Position numbers and translations under genes: made by a program | The notes under the pieces: generated by a model | Databases searched by the model: none | What the model was told of the DNA's origin: nothing | Seen by the model: the letters and a program-made list of their open reading frames with translations, nothing else | Shown here: positions 58,991 through 64,000 of the stretch, piece by piece | How the letters are laid out: each line of letters begins with the position of its first letter | Numbering within the stretch: position 1 is the first letter of the stretch | Assembly: GCA_965261085.1 (NCBI GenBank) | Contig: OZ253442.1 | Coordinates: forward strand, 2,848,001 to 2,912,000 | Direction: 5' to 3' | DNA from: a bacterium | Lineage (GTDB): Bacteria > UBA8248 | Length of the DNA stretch: 64,000 nucleotides

Positions 58991-59707
58991 TCATGGGACT
59001 GTGTAGAAACCGCACCCGCGCCACGGCTTCCCCGGCGGCGTATAGCAAGACATGTCGTCAATAGGAATACGTGTCTTATTCACCTTGCTTCGTAAGCGAA
59101 TGAGCTTCCCTGCTCTTTTCGCCCTGGTGGATGCTTCTCTTCTCCTTTGATTCCCCTTGATATCGTCTAACTGAATCTCGATTCTTCCTAGCCTTGCGGA
59201 TATTTTCCTCTCAAATTTCTCTTGGTCTTCTTTGTGTTCCCTCACGGCCTCAATCAATTTCAGACTCTTCTTGAGCACATTCTCCAGGTTGTTTTCTATC
59301 TCCGCCTTTGCTCGATCGATTTCAGCCGAATGGCAAAGTTTCCGGCGGAGTTCCGGATGGATACGCGAAAGGAGCATCGACCCCTGAGCGTCGTACATAG
59401 AGCTCCCTCCAAATGGATATTTCCCTTTTGCCGAATAAATTGGCTTCAACCCATTTGGAGTCGCGATTTCGGGGCATCCATCATTCAGCCATTTGGAAAG
59501 CACGGGAACGGTTTGCTTGTCCAGGGATTTTTCGTATTTCCTGTTCATTTTAGAGGTTCCTGACATTCCAGCTAAATTCCCCCAAACAGGATCGCCGATT
59601 GACTTCTCCCTTTCAGAAGTCCAGGTGAGCCCATCCCCAACCAAGCCAAAAGCGACGCCGAACACGAACACACCCAGAATGACCGAGAGCTTGAGCATAT
59701 GCCGCAT
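58991..59707 (-). CDS. Hypothetical exported/membrane-anchored protein with a C-terminal coiled coil
   Basis: GAGGAGG RBS, hydrophobic N-terminus, heptad-like segment EIDRAKAEIENNLE...LDDIK; lower GC than its neighbours. Confidence 0.6.
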   Translation of the reverse strand: MRHMLKLSVILGVFVFGVAFGLVGDGLTWTSEREKSIGDPVWGNLAGMSGTSKMNRKYEKSLDKQTVPVLSKWLNDGCPEIATPNGLKPIYSAKGKYPFGGSSMYDAQGSMLLSRIHPELRRKLCHSAEIDRAKAEIENNLENVLKKSLKLIEAVREHKEDQEKFERKISARLGRIEIQLDDIKGNQRRREASTRAKRAGKLIRLRSKVNKTRIPIDDMSCYTPPGKPWRGCGFYTVP

Positions 59708-59886
59708 GATATTTCCTCCTCATTTTGAGCAAATTCCCATTATATTTCCCGACATTTGCCCTCACACAAAGCGGCAAACGCAACGGAATCAAGTCTCAGC
59801 CCTATCTATTTGTACGACGTCTGCAAGTTCCATGTGAGGAGGAAAACGCCCCACCTGCGACTGGATTGGGCTTCGGGAATGCTTCT

Positions 59887-60786
59887 CTAGGCGTTCTGGA
59901 GGGCTTGTTTCACGAGTGGCACGATTTGCGAGAATCGCTCGGCCACGAGGACGCCGGCTTCTTTCAGGAGTCTTTTCTTACCAGAAGGCGCGCCGCGGCC
60001 CCGCTCGATGAGCGCGCCGGTGTGGCTCACGCTCGCGGGCGTGGGCGAGGTCTCCCAGAATTCGCCGGGAATCATCGCCACCACGGGTTTGGTGAATCCG
60101 CCAGACGCGATGAAGCGCGCAGCCTCCTCTTCCCTGTCCGTGCCGGGTTCCCCGAACATGACGACGGCGCGCGTCTCTGGGTCTTGCTCGAACAAGGCGA
60201 GCATTTCCACGAACGCGGAGCCGATTAACAGGTCTCCGCCCAAGGCCACGTAGGTGCTCTGGCCGATACCCGCCCGCGTAAGAAACAGGCATATCTCCGC
60301 CCCCATGCCCCCGCTTCTGCTTACCACGCCCACGGGGCCGGGACGGAACATGAGGTCGGGCACCTCGCCCCCCGTGCCGCCGAGCTTCGCCTTGCCCGGA
60401 CTCACCATGCCCTGGCTGTTGGGGCCGATGACGAAGGTTCCCCGCTGCGCCGCGCGCGTGAGCAGTGCGCACGCATCGTGATGCGGCACGCCCTCAGCGA
60501 GAACGTGCACGGTGGGCACCCCCGCCTCTATGGCTTCCAGGGCAGCTTCTCGCACGAAACGCGCGGGCACGAAGAGCACGGAGAGGTCCACTTCATGGTC
60601 CTTTAAGGCGTCGGCCACGGCGCCGTATACCGGCACACCGCCGACCGACTCCCCCCCTTTTCCCGGAGACACGCCCGCGACCACGCGGGTGCCGTAGTCC
60701 GTCATGGTGGGCAGTAGACGCCTCGCCTCGCCCCCCGTGGCGCCCTGCACGAGCACCCGGGTTTCTGAGTCCAGCAGAATGCTCAA
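59887..60786 (-). CDS. ADP-forming acyl-CoA ligase alpha subunit (SucD/citryl-CoA synthetase-like)
   Basis: VLVQGATG, YGT.VVAGV.PGKGG, IGPN, SRSGG, FGEPG..EE, phospho-His motif SHTGA. Confidence 0.88.
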   Translation of the reverse strand: MSILLDSETRVLVQGATGGEARRLLPTMTDYGTRVVAGVSPGKGGESVGGVPVYGAVADALKDHEVDLSVLFVPARFVREAALEAIEAGVPTVHVLAEGVPHHDACALLTRAAQRGTFVIGPNSQGMVSPGKAKLGGTGGEVPDLMFRPGPVGVVSRSGGMGAEICLFLTRAGIGQSTYVALGGDLLIGSAFVEMLALFEQDPETRAVVMFGEPGTDREEEAARFIASGGFTKPVVAMIPGEFWETSPTPASVSHTGALIERGRGAPSGKKRLLKEAGVLVAERFSQIVPLVKQALQNA

Positions 60787-61997
60787 CTTTTATCGCTCCC
60801 GTAGCTGCGCGCCACGATTCGCTTGGCCAGGTCTTCTATCGACGCCTCATCCTCGTGCCATTCCACTCCCGGAACCTCGGCGATGAGTTTCCTGGCTTCC
60901 TCCACCCCCGGACCCGCGTAGCGGATGATGACGGGGAACTTTTCGAAATCAAGCTCCGCTTCCTTGAGCGCGCGCACCACCCCGGCCACTTTTATATCCA
61001 CCCTCGTGAAATTGCTCACGTTCCCCGCAAGTAATAGTCCTTTGATGCCGGGCTTTGAGAGCACCGCCTTTACCGCCCGGCGCATCTTTTCCTCGTAGCG
61101 TCCGGGCGTGATGTCGAACGTGGTGGCGGGCTTGCCCCCTGAATCCAGAAGCGCCTCCAGGCTCGAAAGCCCGTAGCCGCCGCCGGTGACCATGAAGCCG
61201 ATGTCGCCGTCCATTTCGCTGAAGCGAATCGCGCCCACGTGGGGGTCGATGGCGTCGATCTCGCGCATCCGCATCTCGAGTTCGGTGAAGGGCCGCCAGC
61301 CGTTCCCGCCCTCCACACCCAGTTTGGCCACTAGGTCGGGATGGCGAAAAAGAGCCTGCGCGTCGAGTTGCACCACGCCCGCCGCCGCCACCACGCGGCC
61401 ATCGGCCAGTTCCGCCAGCGGGTTCACCTCTATCATCTCGCAGTCATGGGCGCAGAAAACCGCATACATCGCGCACACCGCGCGGGCGACCTGTCCCGCG
61501 AGATCGCCCGAGAGACCCGCGAACCGGGCCAGTTCCAGGGCGTCTTCTATTTTCAGCCCTTCCAAGATGTTCACGGGCCATTCGAGCAGTTTATCGGGGT
61601 GATGCTCGCTCAACTCTTCGATGTCCACGCCGCCCTCGGCGCTGAAGAGAATGAGCGGGCATTTTCTGGGCGCATCGAAGGAGATGGAACAGAAGATTTC
61701 GCGCTTGATGTCGAGTGCTTCCATCACGATGAGTTTTCTGACCGGAAAGCGCCGCACTTCCATGCCGAGAATAGCCGCCGCGTGCGCGCGGGCCTCAGCC
61801 GCCTGCGCGGCGAATTTCACCGCCCCCGCCTTGCCCCGTTTGCCGACAGGCACGAGCGCCTTGATGACGGCGCGTCCGCCCAGGCGCTCCAGGGCGCCTG
61901 CGGCTGCCTCCGCGTCAGTGCAAACCTCGAAACGAGGAACGGGGACGCCGCCTTCGCTCAGCAGCGTCAGGGAATCGTTTTCCAGAAGGCGGGACAA
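60783..61997 (-). CDS. ADP-forming acyl-CoA ligase beta subunit (SucC/citryl-CoA synthetase-like)
   Basis: ATP-grasp VIKA.V..G.RGKAGAV, EGGVDIEE, EVNPL, A.FRH; overlaps the alpha gene by 4 nt. Confidence 0.88.
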   Translation of the reverse strand: MSRLLENDSLTLLSEGGVPVPRFEVCTDAEAAAGALERLGGRAVIKALVPVGKRGKAGAVKFAAQAAEARAHAAAILGMEVRRFPVRKLIVMEALDIKREIFCSISFDAPRKCPLILFSAEGGVDIEELSEHHPDKLLEWPVNILEGLKIEDALELARFAGLSGDLAGQVARAVCAMYAVFCAHDCEMIEVNPLAELADGRVVAAAGVVQLDAQALFRHPDLVAKLGVEGGNGWRPFTELEMRMREIDAIDPHVGAIRFSEMDGDIGFMVTGGGYGLSSLEALLDSGGKPATTFDITPGRYEEKMRRAVKAVLSKPGIKGLLLAGNVSNFTRVDIKVAGVVRALKEAELDFEKFPVIIRYAGPGVEEARKLIAEVPGVEWHEDEASIEDLAKRIVARSYGSDKS

Positions 61998-62218
61998 GTG
62001 CGACCTCCATCAAGGAGCAATGCGCTCGCTCATTTTCGCGAGAAAACCTGAAAGATGCGCACTAGCTGGCATTCAGGGCTTTCAGCGTCAAGATTCTTAA
62101 GCCAAGCGCGCCATCACCTTGCGTGAGGATTCGAGCGCGCGCCCCGCTTCCCCACCGGCCACCGGCGCAAACAAGAAAACGGCGGGCAAGGCAGGAGCGC
62201 AGAGTTTCCGCCGGCGCC

Positions 62219-63241
62219 TCAGCCGCATTTCATCGCGGGGCGAACCACCTGATGGAGCGTGCTGCCGCTGCTGCCGCCCATCCGGGTGCCTCCGCCGGGC
62301 AGGTGGATCCAGCCATTCAGGTAAACCAGCCCGGTGACGCCGTGCACGGGAATGGGCATATCGGGCAAACGCGTCCAGCGGTCAGCTTTTGGATCATAAA
62401 CCTCGTAATGGGGGAACACGCCCGACGGACTCGCCGTCGGATGTTCGCCGCCGAAGGTATGGAAACAGCCGTTCACCGCAATACCGTTGTTTCCGCTGCG
62501 CGCCTCGGACATCGGCCGCTTGGCGCTCCACTTGTTGCTTGCCGGATCGTACATCTCGAGCACCGCGGTGATCTCGCTCCGAAAGCCGCCGCCGAAGCGC
62601 CCTCCGGCAACATAGAGTTTGCCGTCGATCGCCGCCGCCGCCATGTGATTTCGGGGCGTCGGCAAATCGGGCAGGACCGTCCATTTGTCGGCCTTCGGGT
62701 CGTAGACGGCGAAATCGCGCCCGCGCGGCGGACGGCCGCCGGCGACGTAAATCTTACCGTCGATGACGTCGTGCGCCATCGCACTGCGCGCCGTCGGCAT
62801 CGGCGAGCGCGGCGTCCACTTCTTCGTCCTGGGATCGAAGGCGTAGACGGCCGACGTGTACAGGGACTTCTTCCTCCGGCCGCCGGCATTGGTCTGCCCG
62901 CCGATCACATAGAGAATCCCGTCGAAACCGACTGCCGAGGCATGGTTGATCGTGGTCGGATAGGGGGTCGTCAGGCGCCAGGTGTCGGACTTGGTGTCAT
63001 AGATCTGGACGGTGTCCACGCTGACCCGCGTCGAGGGGTATCCCCCGACAACGTAGATTTTCCCGTCAAGATACGCGACCGCCATTTCCGAATTAGGCTC
63101 GATGAGCGCTGCGCGCTTGCCCCATTCCGGCGTTTGAATCGTCTGGGCCGACGACTCTGATCCGTAGAGCCACATGGCCACCAGACCCAGGATGAGAACA
63201 GCTATGGCGTCTTTGCGAACGCCCCGACCCGTCATCGCCAT
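62219..63241 (-). CDS. Secreted Kelch-repeat beta-propeller protein
   Basis: About six repeats of DGKIYV.GG...YDP....W....P; N-terminal signal peptide; start approximate. Confidence 0.88.
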   Translation of the reverse strand: MAMTGRGVRKDAIAVLILGLVAMWLYGSESSAQTIQTPEWGKRAALIEPNSEMAVAYLDGKIYVVGGYPSTRVSVDTVQIYDTKSDTWRLTTPYPTTINHASAVGFDGILYVIGGQTNAGGRRKKSLYTSAVYAFDPRTKKWTPRSPMPTARSAMAHDVIDGKIYVAGGRPPRGRDFAVYDPKADKWTVLPDLPTPRNHMAAAAIDGKLYVAGGRFGGGFRSEITAVLEMYDPASNKWSAKRPMSEARSGNNGIAVNGCFHTFGGEHPTASPSGVFPHYEVYDPKADRWTRLPDMPIPVHGVTGLVYLNGWIHLPGGGTRMGGSSGSTLHQVVRPAMKCG

Positions 63242-63744
63242 CTCCCCTTCCCTCCCCCTCGTAAAACCCGTGCGCAAACACCCAGGCGGGCAAAAGATCC
63301 GCTTGACTCGCCCGTTGCGATGATCCGCCATTCATCTCCGATCGTTCCGCGAATTTACCATGAGCCCGCTCACGCCACCAACCTTCGAGGAGGCCCCCGC
63401 GTGGCCTGGCGTTTTAGGCGATCACGCGCCCACCTCGGTCCGGCAAGGAACACTCGCGATGCGCTTTCAGCGTGTCGCCGCAGAGGGAGCGGGCCGAATC
63501 CTCCCCGCAAGCGCCGCCCAGGCGATCGGCGAAGCTCTTTATCCTTATCCCCCGGACGCCGTGAAATTCATCGAACAGGCGCCGCCGCCGGCGAAGGAGA
63601 CGGGATTCAGAATGGTTGATATTTTTCTCTTTTCCGAAAATAGCACCAAACTGTTGCAAACGCCGCTTGCGAAAGTATCCTGATCCGCTAGAATCACCCT
63701 ATAGGAAAAACTTGTTTCTCTGTCATCTCAACGGAGGGGGTTTT

Positions 63745-64000
63745 ATGCGTACACACAAAAGATTGATCGTAGCAACTGCCGTTTTCGCCGTGGCCGGTTT
63801 CGTCGCCTCTTTGGCGAGCGCCGCCACCACCAACATCACCATCGTCGGCGCGGGCAAGGGAGCGGGAGCGTTCCGCATGGCGGCGGGTTTCGCCGAGGCG
63901 GTGAACAAGACGAGCAAGACCGTCAACGTCACCAACCGCGAGTCCAAGGGCTTCGTCGCCAACACCCGCCTCGTCGCCAACGGCCGCTCCGAGATCGGGA
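63745..64000 (+). CDS. TAXI-family TRAP solute-binding subunit, 3'-truncated by the window edge (not in the ORF track)
   Basis: GGAGG RBS, then MRTHKRLIVATAVFAVAGFVASLASAATTNITIVGAGKGAGAFRMAAGFAEAVNK...ESKGFVANTRLV; signal peptide plus a TAXI-like G...N motif. Confidence 0.75.
   Translation, partial: MRTHKRLIVATAVFAVAGFVASLASAATTNITIVGAGKGAGAFRMAAGFAEAVNKTSKTVNVTNRESKGFVANTRLVANGRSEIG

Noticed and set aside
63360-63683. 107-aa ORF between the Kelch and TAXI genes
   Set aside because: No family signature recognised, and it overlaps the likely TAXI promoter (TTGCGA-N16-TAGAAT at 63667-63694); possibly a gene fragment.

Overview
Bacterial chromosomal window with about 47 protein genes, one tRNA-Gln(CTG) and one clear pseudogene. 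Gene content (PxxKW protein, IspH-UbiA fusion, glnB-glnD-glnA, many SDR/LLM/TRAP genes) suggests a Nitrospinota/Tectomicrobia/deltaproteobacterial-grade lineage; this is inference only. Composition falls into three blocks by eye: a GC-rich start (1-~10 kb), an AT-richer, repeat-free housekeeping block (~10.4-37.8 kb: glnD, ispH, trxA, ftsK, AsmA-like, gltX, tRNA), and an abruptly GC-rich accessory block (~37.9-64 kb). The intergenic spaces of the last block are packed with at least five nested palindromic repeat families, and no transposase or nuclease for them is present in the window. The most unusual signals are: (1) a ~29-bp hairpin micro-element with a conserved purine-rich 13-nt loop and a freely co-varying 7-bp stem, always on the + strand and repeatedly sitting inside other repeats; (2) a 192-bp MITE inserted in that loop with a 5-bp target duplication, next to an empty-site copy; (3) 150-180 bp elements built combinatorially from three arm types; (4) a 7-unit ~46-bp degenerate array with codon-like variation and ATGA-chained mini-ORFs; (5) a stand-alone Schlafen/AlbA_2 gene bracketed by REPs; (6) an AsmA-like protein with four ~172-aa internal repeats. 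No CRISPR array, rRNA or intact IS was seen.
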